Below are positions 1 to 12,300 of a DNA stretch of 64,000 bases, in pieces. The stretch lies in the NCBI RefSeq assembly GCF_018350175.1, contig NC_058368.1:229774001-229838000 (forward strand), written 5' to 3'. The translations under genes were made by a program, and so were the position numbers. Origin of the DNA: Felis catus. Its lineage: Eukaryota. The number at the start of each line of letters is the position of its first letter. The first letter of the stretch is position 1. Under the pieces are notes generated by a model. The model saw only the letters and a program-made list of their open reading frames with translations. It had not been told where the DNA came from and ran no database searches.

Positions 1-113
1 CTGACTTCTCCTGAAACCAATATTCTGCTATATGTCAACTTGAATTTCAAGAAAACTTGGAAAGGAAAACCAAACCAACCAACCAACCAAACAAAAAACA
101 AAAACAAAAACAA
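1..113 (+). mobile_element. 3' end of a carnivore L1 with A-rich tail decayed to (AACC)n/(AAAAC)n
   Basis: ctgaaaccaatattctgctatatgtcaact...aaaacttggaaa resembles the L1_Carn terminus; A-rich tail follows. Confidence 0.65.
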
Positions 114-280
114 ATGAAGTTGTATCTCATTTTGGTTGTGATTTGCATTTCCCTAATAACTAATGATGTCGACCATCTTTTCCGGTGCTTATTGGCCATT
201 TGTCTATCTTCTTTTGGCAAAATGTTTATTCAGGTCTGTGCCCATTTTTGATTTTTTTGTGTTATTATTATTAGATTGGA
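114..280 (-). mobile_element. Old L1 (L1M) ORF2-end fragment, antisense
   Basis: tatctcattttggttgtgatttgcatttccctaataactaatgatg...ttattggccattt is a canonical antisense L1 motif. Confidence 0.85.
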
Positions 281-2359
281 TACTTTTAAAGAACAGATAA
301 ATTCCACAATCTTCTTGATTCTGAATATCCATCCAGCCGTTTAACATTAGAGGCCATTACTTCGCTTCATTTAGTTTGTATGGATTTCATCTCGTGTTTG
401 AGGGCATCGTGACACTGAGACCAGCAGTTCTGTCCTGTCATCATTAGTGTTTCCCACGGGACTGCTCGAGGTGGGAATTTCCACCAAATCCAGATCACGG
501 TGGAACATGGAGGGACTGAGAGATGACAGTCCAGCTTCAGGTCTTAGTGGTGGCCAGTGTGGTCATAGACAGCACCGCAGAGACTGTGGCTGCAGTCCAG
601 GAACACCTGCTGCCCATACTTCCCTTCTTTCTGTGGCTGTGACTGCAGTTGGCATCTGGCCTTTGTTCAGACCGGAGGGCTTATGCTCCCCTCTTCACAT
701 GAACCCAGCTGTCCGCGATGGTGTGCACGACAGCATGGCAAGTCTTGACATGAATCACACTTCCCATTTTGTGGCAAAGACCGTACTAAAATAGGAGTCG
801 TGCTAATCATTTCCCATAAATTAAGGGTGGCAGGGTTTCCCAATGTAATAACCCAGTAGAACTGAGAATCATGGGAGAATGGAGGCACCCTTTATAATTC
901 CGACGAGAAAAAAGAGGATAAGAGTGGTGAGAGAGGTCACATGTGATCATGAATGTCAGAGCCTGTCCCCACCTCGGGACCGTCTTCATGCGACTCCTCC
1001 TTCTGCACAGCTGGGTTTTCTGGGTTGATTAACGATGGCATGGACACCCTGCATGTGGCACCGGTTCCATGATGGTTGGGGAAGAGAATCTGATTGGGGT
1101 ATGTCATGAAACAATACATTTTAGATGTCCAGCACTGCATAGATTCAACCCCCGTTTTTAATATAGTCCTACAGTTTATGAAGAATAGATTATCTTCTGT
1201 AGTCACAACACCAGTTGGCATTTTAATAGGTATATTGGTTGATCTGTGAAAGTTCCTGTCTTAGGATCATAGCTCTGCCACTGATTTACTGGGTGATCCA
1301 GGGGTCCGTGTCTGATTCTTTGAGACCTGCATGGGCCTCATAGGGCACAGGTACTAATTGTTGAATGAGTGAATACATGAAGAGTCTTTCTGTCTGTCAC
1401 TAAGGGCAAAAGTGGTCTTTCAAGTTAGTCTCAGCTCTGATACACAATAATTCTAAAGGGATCATTGTTCATCTCTCACAAAGGAACCTGTAGGTTTCTG
1501 CCAGCATGCCATAGCATCCTGTTAATGGACCAGAATTGCCATCTCCACGGAGGAGAGGGAGAAAATCTTCAACAACTCATTAAAGTTTTGATTGGCTGAT
1601 TATAATGATCTGAGATGTCCCTCTTCCTCTGCAATGCTGTCTGTGATTTTGTATTTTCTTTCCCCAAATAAAAACAAAAACAGCAATTATTGCTTGCCTC
1701 AAATAATTATTGGACTTTTCTCTGAAATCAGTACAAAGTCTGAGCAAAGGGCGATTTCCCTGGCTAGAATCAACATGATATAAAATCAGCACTGCAGCCT
1801 TGAGCAAGTTCGTTCTTCTCTGGAAGAACTCAACTTGTTGAAACTATCTCTGGCTTCACCATATATTTTGCATGAGCCAGCCAGTATTCTAGGCGAGGTC
1901 ATTAAGCCTTGGCACTCCAGCAGGCATTAAAATGAAAGCTTGGATCAGAATCATGTGGTATTCCATACAGACTTGGGATATTAAAAACGAAGCTGGGTGG
2001 AGAAAATATAATGCCACATCATGCATTTGTCACAGTGATAGATGCGCTTGTGGATATCCAGAAAAATTGTTACAGCTTATCTGCTGCTCCTGATAAGGTG
2101 TCAGGGAGGCGAGACTCAGAATGAGTTCATGATGACTGGAATCATGTATTGATCGGGACCACACAGAATAGCACACAAGTATTGATCATTCTAAAGATTC
2201 TAAGAGAGGCCTAAAGGCACGTGATTTCTCTCTCCCTGTGCATTTTTCATGAGTGGTAGTATAACTTGTCATTAGGCCAACCCGGGAAACACTATTCCAC
2301 TGTGGCAAAAGCTTTTCTATTTGCCTACAGGGAAAATGCAGCAGCGTATCCACAATAAA

Positions 2360-2495
2360 CATGTGTTTAGCACTTAGGATGTGCCAAGTACTGTGCTGGG
2401 CACTTATACCAACATCTCCTTAAATTCTCCCAGTGGGTCTCTGAGATGATTTGGGTTTTAATTTCCTATGTCAGAGAGGTCAGCTCGGGCCTCCT
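2360..2495 (-). mobile_element. MIR fragment
   Basis: tagcacttaggatgtgccaagtactgtgctgggcactt resembles the antisense MIR 3' end. Confidence 0.55.
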
Positions 2496-2642
2496 GATTT
2501 TCATGTATGGTTGACTTTGTCCCATATCGCCATTTATATGGCCATTGAGATATGGGCATCTTCCACTGTAGGGTCTCTGTAAATTCCTAATAGGTCGCTT
2601 GCTCAGGCTTCCCTGGGAGTCAAGCCCTGCGTCCTCATGTGC

Positions 2643-3169
2643 TGTATCAGTTATAGCTGACCGTAGTTGCTGTAGCAAATTAGCATAACTTCAGTGGCTT
2701 AAAACAGCACAGATCTATTCTGTTACAGTCCTGGAGGTTGGACGTCCAACGTGGATCTCATGGGGCTAAAATGAAGGTATCAGCAGAACTTGGTTCCTTT
2801 CTGGAAGCTCTAGGGGAGAATCTGTTTCTTCCTGTTTTTGAGGCTGCCCGCCATCCTTGTCTCGCGGCCCCTTCCTCTGGCTTCGAAGCCAGTGACAGCA
2901 GGCTGAGCCATCCCATCGCATCCCATCCCATCCCATCTCATCCCTCAGACTTCCTCTCCTGCTTCTTTGTTCGCTTTTCAAGACCCTTCTGATCACACTT
3001 GGATCACAGCTGGAGATGATCCAGGATAATTTCCCTATTTCAAGATCACCTGGTTAGCAACCTTCATTCGATCTTCACCCTAACTCCTTTGACATGTAAC
3101 ATAAAGTATTCACAGGTTCCGGCGTTGAGGATGTAGACATCTCTGAGGGGTATTGTTCTGTCTCCTACA
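2643..3169 (-). mobile_element. MLT1D-like MaLR solo LTR
   Basis: tgtatcagtt...gtggcttaaaacagcac...ctaggggagaatctgttt...tccaggataat...attcacaggttcc...cctaca; gtgct on both sides is a probable 5-bp TSD; internal (CCCAT)n expansion near 2908-2944. Confidence 0.85.
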
Positions 3170-3578
3170 GTGCTTTAACCTGGAAGTAAAAAATTTAACT
3201 CCTTTGTTGATCTTTAGTAATAAGCCCTGTATCTTAATCGTATCAGCACTTTATTCAGTTTGATGAAAGCTTAAAGAAGCTGACGATTATACCACTTTTC
3301 TTCTTCTTTCCTCTCTTTTCCCTTTCTCTGTGGTTTTATTGGTAAATGACCTTCCTTATTCAAACCAGATGGTTCTTCCTATCTCAGCCCCTGGAAGTCT
3401 CTTTCTCTCAGTAGCAGATGAGTCACTAATAAATAAATAAGTAAAAGGAATTTCAGAACAATGGAGTATCCATATCCTGACAGAAATGTTATGATTATGC
3501 TTTTTTCCATCTCACGTTAACCCATTTTACACATTAACAACAACAACTGACTAGGCAGGTGAGTGATGTCCCATAGGG

Positions 3579-3796
3579 CATTGGTTCTCATCTGGGCTGA
3601 TTTTGCCCCCCGGAGGATACTCAGCACTGATGGAGACATTTTGCTTGTCACAACCAGGAGGGGAGGGGTAACGGTGCTACTGACACCTGGCTTGAAGAGT
3701 CATGGGGCTGCTAGATCCTTTCTCACACAGGAGAGCCCCTAAAACAAAGAGGCACCTGACCCATGGTGGTAGCAGTCCCGAGGTTGAGCAAGTCTG
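3579..3796 (+). mobile_element. MER20 (hAT-Charlie)
   Basis: ggttctca...gattttgccccc...ggagacattttg...gtcacaac...gaggttgag follows the MER20 consensus end to end. Confidence 0.85.
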
Positions 3797-3807
3797 CTGG
3801 AGAATAT

Positions 3808-3826
3808 ACAGCCACCTGGTGGATGA
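3808..3826 (-). promoter_or_regulatory. Candidate CTCF motif next to a GC box
   Basis: Minus strand reads CATCCACCAGGTGGCTGT (core CCACCAGGTGGC); GGGGCGGGGC at 3827-3836. Confidence 0.4.
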
Positions 3827-4674
3827 GGGGCGGGGCCGGGGGAAGGCCCCCTGAGTGCCAGTCTCTGGTCGACCAGCCGTCTGTTCCAGAGAAGAAAGAG
3901 GACACTTTGGATAAACTTTTAACTTTTCTTAGTTGTAAGGTTATATTTGTTGGAAATGAATCGTGTTCAGGGGGTTTGTAAACATCGAGAATGTGGTGGG
4001 TTGCCTGTGTTTGGTGTGGTTTCCACATTTCTGGGTAGTACAGTGATGATTTCCAGCGAATAACTACAATAGACATTTCTTAGAAGAGCAGTGTCATTTG
4101 TCCGCCTTCAGAACTGAATGACTCTTTGCCTCTCAGAATTACACCTCTTTTCCTTGAATTAGAGGCCAGCGAAGGCCCTCGCTGGTGGTGTCCTTGGGTC
4201 AGCTCATGGAGCCATGCCTCTCATCTGGGAGGAGTGTTTTTCTGTGAATGCTAAAGATACATGAAGTCAAGGAAGAATCAGGAAGCAGCAATGCTGGCCT
4301 GAGCAATGCAAAAAAAAAGGCAGTATTCATGATCCATTTGCACTGAACCTAGAGAGAAGGCCCAAACCATTGAAAGAACTGAGAATCGTTTTAGGTGGAC
4401 CGTAAATTAAACCTTAGATAAGTGGATGCTAGGCTCAGGTGTACTTCTGCTGATTTCAGACACCTTTCATTCTGATTTCATAGAGAATGTTGAAGGGAAT
4501 TCTAGAACTCAGAGGTGTAAAACCATCCATTTGTCTCAGACAACCATAAATCTGACCATCCCTGATTGTGTGTTATTTTTTTATATACTCTGCTGCCTTC
4601 AAAGAATGCGATGATAATACTCTCAGGTTTAGTTTGGACAGAAGAGGTGCTTTGATAGAAGCAGCAAAGTATTG

Positions 4675-4821
4675 GGGGGGGTGCCTGGGTGGCTCAGTCA
4701 GTTGAGCGTCCCACTTCGGCTCAGGTCACAATCTCGCGGTCTGTGAGTTCGGGCCCCGTGTCGGGCTCTGGGCTGACGGCTCAGAACCCGGAGCCTGCTT
4801 CTGATTCTGTGTCTCTCTCTC

Positions 4822-4860
<39 letters not shown>

Positions 4861-4928
4861 CTCCTCCGCTCATGCTCTGTCTCTCTCTCAAAAATGAATA
4901 AATGTTAAAAAGAAAATAAAAAAAAAAG
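4675..4928 (+). mobile_element. SINEC_Fc CAN-SINE
   Basis: gggtgcctgggtggctcagtcagttgagcg tRNA-like head, (CT)n, A tail; aaagtat TSD. Confidence 0.97.
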
Positions 4929-5671
4929 TATGGATGTTGATTTAGTTTTGTGCTGATTATGTACTTACAGCACGTTAGTATTTACCTAGAAATTGCTATG
5001 TTGAGCTTCCAGTGCTCAGGTTTTATTATTTTCCTACAAATCAGCACTAAACAGAAAGAACCTCTCTCCCCTCCTGCTTTGCCCATGTGACACATACACG
5101 AACACCTTTTGTCCTAATAATTGAATTACTGCTGGAAGTTATTAATAATTTCATTGTCCTCGTAGCTTCCTTCCATGTAATGTTCTTACCAATCAAAAAT
5201 AATTGGTTTGGAAGCTAGGGAAGCCATTGTGTGTGGGATCCCGTTGTGACATATCTGGCCCCATAATTTGATTTATTCCTATTGAGTAAAATCCTTTGAG
5301 ATCTATAGCCCTCAAGTTGGGAAAGAGAATAATTTTCAAAGATATATCATTTATGTTAAGAAACACCGATTGTTTGGTGATCCAGGGTTTTATTGAGTAT
5401 CTCTTTGCAAACAGTGTGCGGGGTTCTCTGGAGAATGTGCACATCAATATATGATTTGTTCTATTTAAGACAAAGCTTTCAACTTTATTAGGAAGATGTG
5501 ATTTAAACGTGTATGTTTTTGTAGAAGTTTATGGGTTCAATGAAATATGAGAAAATAGATGTGATCAGGAGGAGTGCTGATCACATGTGGAGTCTTCTCA
5601 TCAGAGCTGACCTGTCCCACTGAGCCTCAAGTCTCACTGGTCTTTAGACTGTATTTTACCTGATCTTACTT

Positions 5672-5886
5672 TTTAAAAACATGTTTTTAATATATGTTTA
5701 TTTTTGAGAGAGACAGACAGAGTATGAGTGGGAGAGGGAAAGAGAGAGGAGGAGACACAGAATCCGAAGCAGGCTCCAGGCTCTGAGCTGTCAGCACAGA
5801 GCCTGACGTGGGGCTCGAACCCACAAATTTTGAGATCATGACCTGAGTCAAAGTCGAACGCTTAACTGACTGATCCACCAAGCCCT
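5672..5886 (-). mobile_element. SINEC_Fc CAN-SINE
   Basis: T tail, gagacacagaatccgaagcaggctccaggctctgagctgtcagcac, antisense head. Confidence 0.95.
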
Positions 5887-6400
5887 CATCTTTCTATTGA
5901 TTGGATACAGAAGACTTTTATTTTTATATTATGCATATTCACTCTGTGTCATTCATATTTGATTTTGATATTTCATTTAATACCACTTGCATTAATAAAT
6001 GTCACCTTATATTTATTCCAAAACGGATCAACGATAAATAGAAAGGTATTTGAGAATAGTCAGGAAGTGAAGAAGGGAAGAGTTGGCCACGTGTCAAAGG
6101 AAATAGTTGAAGTATAGCCAAGAAGCTGTGTTCAGATGGTCCTGTTAAAACAAAGTCTCCTGTTTAAGGGAAGCCTGGGGAGTGAGGAAGCAGGTGAAGT
6201 GGCAGCAAAACGATTATTCTTTTAGTGGCTCTTCAAAATGTCAACTTTTTAGGATTATGAGTAGCACACTAAAACTTCTCCTTTGTACTAACGTTGAGAA
6301 ATGTCTTCAGTTTCCTAATGCCCTACTTCACCAATGCGCTTTCAGGGTGAGCTCTTTGAAGAGGTGGAATACAAGTTTCTTTCAAAACCATAGTGCCTTA

Positions 6401-6608
6401 GGGGCGCCTGGTGGCTCCGACTTCGACTCAGGTCATGATCTCACAGTTCGTGGGTTCGAGTCCCGCATCGGGCTCTGTGCTGACAGCTCAGGGGGCTGGA
6501 GCCTGCTTCGGATTCTGTGTCTCCCTCTCTCTCTGCCCATCCCCTGCTCACGCTCTGTCTCTCAAAAATAATAAATAAACATTAAAAAATTAAAACAAAA
6601 CAAAAAAC
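6401..6608 (+). mobile_element. SINEC_Fc CAN-SINE with a deletion in the A-box region
   Basis: ggggcgcctggtggctc/cgacttc; perfect TSD caaaaccatagtgcctt at 6383-6399 and 6609-6625. Confidence 0.96.
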
Positions 6609-6989
6609 CAAAACCATAGTGCCTTCAAAGTAGGAAAAGGTCGTGTCAGTGAATACTTGGACAAATTCCATCATTTGAAAGGAGACCTCTTCAAAACATA
6701 ACTGACTGTCCTTAAAAGGCCATAGCAAAAATGAATTACTGTAGCAAATACTGTCATATTTACTAGTTTATATTGGCTAGAATAGAGCATTCTTTGAGAA
6801 AGGTCTTATAACAATTGGTTCATTGTTTTATGATATAAATGTGGGTATTTGGTTCCATCAGTGGTTGGAAGAAGCCTTAATTGTTAGTTAACATTTAATC
6901 CCATTTCACTTAATTACAGAAGGTGATTAATGCTATTAAAAAAACATAGAACAGGGTTAAAGGGTTTGGGTATTAAAAGATAGGGTGCA

Positions 6990-7116
6990 GGGGCACCTGG
7001 GGGGCTCAGTCGGATAAGCATCTGACTCTTGGTTTCAGCTCAGGTTATGATCACACGGTTCATGAATTCAAGCCCTATGTGTGGCTCTGTGCTGACAGCT
7101 CATAGTCTGCTTGGGA

Positions 7117-7148
<32 letters not shown>

Positions 7149-7186
7149 GCCCCTCTCCCTCAGAATAAATAAATAAACTAAAAAAA
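6990..7186 (+). mobile_element. CAN-SINE, older subtype with ctcttggtttcagctcagg
   Basis: Head, (CT)n and A tail; TSD tagggtgca. Confidence 0.95.
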
Positions 7187-7866
7187 GGTAGGGTGCATTG
7201 TGTGAAATTCTGAATAGTGTGGTCAGGGTAGACCGCGTTGAGAGGTGTCATTTGACCTGAAGGTTCAGGAAGGTGGGGGCTTGTGGATCTTAGGGGGAAT
7301 GAAAGTCAAGGGGACAGCTGATGAGGTCCCTAGGTGTGAGAATACCTAATAGTCTCAGAGAATGACAAGGAGGCCAGTTGTGGCTGCAGACAGGAAGGGT
7401 AGGTCATAGGAATTGTAGTCCTGACATCAGACTGGCCGTGGGAGGACAAACCCAACGATTTTATAGACCACTATGAGGGATCTTTGGCTTCCACTCTGCC
7501 GAGTTTTGAGAAGAGAGCGGACACGGTTTGATTCACATTTTAGAAGAATTCTCTGCTGAGCTGCAAAATTGTTGGGGGGAGGGGCAGAGTGGAAGCAGGG
7601 AGCTCAGTTAGGAGGCTCTCAGTGGGATCCAGGCGAGATGTTGGCCGGGACAGTGGTGTGGAGATGGTGAGAGAAGTGATCATATTTTGGATATGTTCTG
7701 AAGGTCAGAGATTTGCTGGCCAATTGGGAAGGGGTGTCAGAAACGGGGATAAAAGGTGACTCCAGGATTTTTTGACACAGCAATTGGAAGGACAGGTAAA
7801 ATTGCCATCCAGTGAGAGGGGAGACAGTGAAACGGGGGGGTGGGGCGGGGTGGGGCGAGGTCAGTG

Positions 7867-7969
7867 GTTATTGTGTTACGTTATGTTATTGTTATGTTAT
7901 TGTGTTACATTATGTTATTATGTTATGTTACGTTATGTTGTTATGTTATGTTATGTTTTGCTACGTTAT
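7867..7969 (+). repeat. Imperfect (TGTTA)n pentanucleotide microsatellite
   Basis: tgttatgttattgttatgttat... about 100 bp. Confidence 0.9.
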
Positions 7970-8144
7970 GTGGCAGCAGTTTCTCAGACGTCTAGGTGGA
8001 GGGGTCCAGTAGGCAGGAGATTATAGGAGTCTGGAGTGGAGCATAGAGGTCTCAGGTCGCAGTGGGAACGTAAAGCATGAAAGCATAGAGTTGGCGATCG
8101 TATTCTGTAGACATAAAAGTAGACTGTGTATGTATTGAGAATGG

Positions 8145-8172
8145 GTGTGTGTGTGTGTGTGTGTGTGTGTGT
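8145..8172 (+). repeat. (TG)n microsatellite
   Basis: Directly visible. Confidence 0.95.
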
Positions 8173-8490
8173 TTCTGTTCAAGTTATTTTCTATGGTTTA
8201 CAGCATAGAGGGCAGTACCAGTAAGAACGTTCCAGTACCTTTTAGCATACTGTAATAATGCTATTTAGATTATGATTTGCAATGGAGAGGTTTCTGAAGG
8301 ATCTTTATTCTTTGGGCACAAAAAGAAACCTCATGTTTTTTTGGGAGAAAAATTCTGCTGTAGTTATGAAATATAAGTGACAATGTAGGCAGACTCTTTT
8401 GCCATGCTCTATACAGCAGTACTTATCGAGAGGTCATGTTTTATGGTAGATCTTGGATTGGTGGGGGTTTGCCAGTTTTCTTCAAGAGCC

Positions 8491-8656
8491 GTGTTTGTTT
8501 ACTTATTTTTGAGAGATGGAGAGAGAGAATCCCAAGAAGTTTCCACAGTGTCGGCACAGAGCCCAGCGCGGGGCTGAAACTCACAAAGTGTGAGATCATG
8601 ACCTGAGCTGAAATCAAGAGTCGGACGCTCACCCGACTGAGCCACCCAGGTGCCCC
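8491..8656 (-). mobile_element. CAN-SINE, older subtype
   Basis: gagagaatcccaag...gaaatcaagagtcggacgctc...gccacccaggtgcccc. Confidence 0.95.
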
Positions 8657-9999
8657 AAGAGAGCCATGTATTTAAATGTCACATCACAGCAGCTGAGGTC
8701 ACTGCTCGAACTAAAATAAATTAAATGTTATAAGAGGTATCTAAATTACTTGGTTTAGCCTCTTTGTAAATGTGTAATATAATAAATTATAGCACTTGCT
8801 AAAAAAAAAAAAAACAAACAGAAAAACAAGCAACCTCTGGCTTCCATAGGATGCAGTTGTTATAAGCAGTAAAGTTATGTGTATGTTCTTTTGCCTTTTC
8901 CTATTTTGTAACTGGGACACATCTTATGTGCATTATGGAATTTTTAGATGCAGTTATCAGAAATCCAATTAAGGTGCTAGAACAGTAAAATTTACAGATG
9001 AGCTTAAAAGCACTTAGCTCTAATAGGGAATTAGTTATAAACCTCTGTGTAAAACATTACTGATCAGGTATCTTTTGAAATGTTACCAACTATAATATTA
9101 AAACCATAGCATTCGCAATTGAGCTCTAAAATTTACTAAAAAAGGGATTACAGAATGGACTGGCAGTTGGAATGTTAGCATATCTGCAAAGAGTGGTTTC
9201 ATAGCAGGAAGTGTGAGTGCTGTTTTGTTTAAAATCTGTAACACTTCTTACCAGAAGAATCAAACGTGAGAGTAAACTATTTGTATAGCCAGTAAGTCTT
9301 GGTTACAAACCATTCTTAAAAAAAAAAAAAAAAACAAAAACAACAATAAAGCAAAAAACAAAAAGAAACTTTGTAAACAAAAAGAAACTTTGTGTGTTAT
9401 TACAAATACACCGTGTATATGTTCCAAAACATCACATGCTCTATCTAGGATACTTCATGAAATCACTGCTACTTAAGTCCACTGTGAGTGAGCAAGTATC
9501 ATAGAGTAAGAACACTGCTTTTAAAAAAAAAGTAGCTTGAGAGCCAGAATTGGAGGCGAGAAGTAGTAATTTTTGCATTCTCAGTACTGCAGTTTCTATT
9601 TTCACGGGAGATTGAAGTGGAAATACTGATACTGATTATACTGACAGAGTCACTGCTCCTCTGGCATTTCCTGGCAGATTAGACACCCAGGACATACGCA
9701 GCACAGTCCAGTTTTTGAACTTCAAATTTGTCATCTAGTACAACTGGTGAGGTTTTACAAAGTCTTTTATTGTAGTATCATCTGATGGAACCATAAGTAT
9801 CTTTAGAGGTTTAACCTGGTTGTGATTTACATGGTGAACCAACGTAAGATTGACATTTGTGTAAAAATGGGGCAACAATTTGCCCAGGTTGTTTTTTTCT
9901 GTATTGTGATAGTTCCTGGCATATATGGCAAATAAAGAACTTGGGGAAAATCTGTTTGTCTGTTTCCGGTAGTCTCCGTGCTTCTACTGTGGAAAGAGG

Positions 10000-10330
10000 A
10001 GGTAATGAGGACAGAGGGCTTCATACAAAATACAGACCCTGCCTGGCCTCATGGTGCTTGGTCGTATGGGGAGGAAGATGTGCTGCTGAGAAAAAGTCTA
10101 AGTGGGAAAAAGGCAGGATGAAGATAATCATCAAGGGTGAGAGTCAGGGATGGAGAGTTCTGGACAGAGCATGTGCAAAGGCCCTGAGACAAGAGAAAGC
10201 TTGGACCCTTCCCTGATTGGAAGAAGGCCAGTAAGAAAAGGGAAGGTGACCGACAGAGCCCTCCAGGGCCAGGTAGAGGCTCCAGAGAGCCAGGTCATGC
10301 CGGACTTTGTTTTTCCCTAAGAACTGGGAA
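10000..10330 (-). mobile_element. L2 fragment
   Basis: agcatgtgcaaaggccctgagacaagagaaagcttgg...aagaaggccagt. Confidence 0.7.
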
Positions 10331-10679
10331 TTTACTCTTCCTGCAGTATCTTCATGGTGATGGAAGGAAGGATGTGTTCATTATTATTGGCATTGCTGCT
10401 TAGTGCTTGGTGTGTTCTGCGTTTCCAGCCTTCTTGCCCTATGAAGGTCTGCATTTGGAACTTGGCTGGTGTGGAGTAAGTGTGAATTGCAGCTCTAGGC
10501 ACGGTGTTTTAAGTATGACAGCTGTAGCACAGAAACGAACTGTGTCAGTCATTCCTGGAAAAGAGAAGGCAGCATTAAAGGAGAACGAAGATTCCATACA
10601 GGAAGGGAGCTGGGGCTGTGTGTTAGCAGACAGTCCTGAAGGAGATGTTATGGCAGTCGATTCACAATGTGAGTCTAGG

Positions 10680-10850
10680 ATCAGGTTGTATTTCTAACCT
10701 GTTAGCTTTGCAGCCTTGGAGGCACTCTTCACTGTGAAACGTCGCAGAGCCTAATTCATTAGGTTTTCCTAATAAATGAGGTAATACGTGTAAAGCACTT
10801 AACCCGGGGTGGCATACCTGAGTTTACTGAAATTATTAGCTATCATTGTT
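10680..10850 (+). mobile_element. MIR fragment
   Basis: taaatgaggtaatacgtgtaaagcacttaac...ggcata...ttagctatcatt. Confidence 0.65.
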
Positions 10851-12019
10851 GCTCCTACTACTTTTATTATTTGATTAAGTTGGTAACAAGAAGGGTGGAC
10901 AAGTACAGAATAATTAATGCCTTGGAGCTAAGAATATACATCCATGATAAATAGATCCGTAAGCGGGGATGCAGGGTTCCTGTAGAGCAATGTTAGTAGA
11001 TAAGATTAGAAAAAACAGGATGCATACTGATATTTTACTGCTTATATCCTAACCCGCCGCTTGCAAACAGCAATTCTGGGCTTATTCACTCAACAAACAC
11101 TTCATGTTCTCCATGTCACTCAACCTTCTGCCCCCTTACCCTACTCCTATCACCTGGGCATTTAACCACCTGTAAAATTGTAGGGGTTTCTTTGTGTGCG
11201 TCTGTAATGACATCCTTATCAGGCAGTATTTGATAAAAGCAACTATGCCCCTTGTTTATGTTGATACGAGAGTTGAGAGTTGTTCTGGAAAATGTCTGAG
11301 AAGGCTTTTGAGAAGTGTGTATTGGTCACCAGAAGATCAAATTAAACGTGGAACAAGCGTGAGAAACAAGCATGAGCAACTCTAGTATAAAGCTGAATTT
11401 GAGCTACAGTGTCTGTGATTTTGTTCTACACAGTCATTTGGAGGGAGAAAGTCCAGCCACCAAGTACGTGCTGTAAGAAGTCCCAGACGTGCTGTGGGCC
11501 CCTAAAACAAGGGTTCCTGAAGAACCCACAATGCGCGTGGCTCCAGCAGAAAAGCTCTCTCTGCCTTTCAGCATTGTGCTGACCATGAACAACAGGTCTT
11601 GTCAGCCTTTTTTGGATCCTGGTTGGAAGGTTTGTGTTGAAATTGTAGTATGTTACATTGTGTATTCTTCCTTTTCCTGGATGCTCATGTAGGATCTCAA
11701 AACACGTAAGAGAGCAGACAGGCATCATTTCTGTTATATGGAAATGATATTTTTTCTTTAATAATACAGGTGGTGATTAAATATGCACATTTGTAGCTCA
11801 GCTCAAATTTATGAAATATGACACTAAGTAAGTTAACCCGTACTTAATGTATATTAGCTCTCCTGATTATTGACCCCAAAGATCAAAGATACCCTTATGA
11901 GTCAAGAGCTTTTTTACATTATTCCAAGTCTAGATGACACGATTTGCATTACTCATTAGAATATAAGTAGAAACTTGTGGGCAGAGGGTAGTCAGTCATA
12001 TTATTCTCCTGCTTACCAC

Positions 12020-12300
12020 CCTCTCTGCAAATCCTGTGTACCTGGGAAGAGTGTTTTTACCATGGTCTACAAGGACATGACCCCGTTGACAGCCGTATCC
12101 CAGCCACACTTGGCATTTCCTTGTTTCTCACAGACCGGTGTGTTTCTGCCACAGTGCCTTTGCACCTGCCACAGGTTCCCCCCAAACATCTTTGACAGAA
12201 CTGTACGCCTTGACCTGACTGGCTTGTCCTTATCTTCTTGGGCTCTATTCCATTGGAGGGCTCATTTCTGTGTCTGTTTTATTGCACAAGATTTAATCAT
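12020..12300 (+). mobile_element. L2 fragment
   Basis: ttaccatggtctacaagg...cagccacacttggc...gcctttgcacctgc. Confidence 0.55.

Larger units (their letters stand above)
6900..8060 (-). mobile_element. L2 fragment interrupted by a SINE and a (TGTTA)n repeat
   Basis: gtggtcagggtagacc...gaggtgtcatttga...aaggaggccag...gatcatattttggatatgttctgaagg...gacgtctaggtggagg are antisense L2 motifs. Confidence 0.8.

Noticed and set aside
447..1221. ORF-rich unique stretch, including a 115-aa ORF
   Set aside because: No recognisable protein, a GTG start on the longest ORF, and no coherent splice structure
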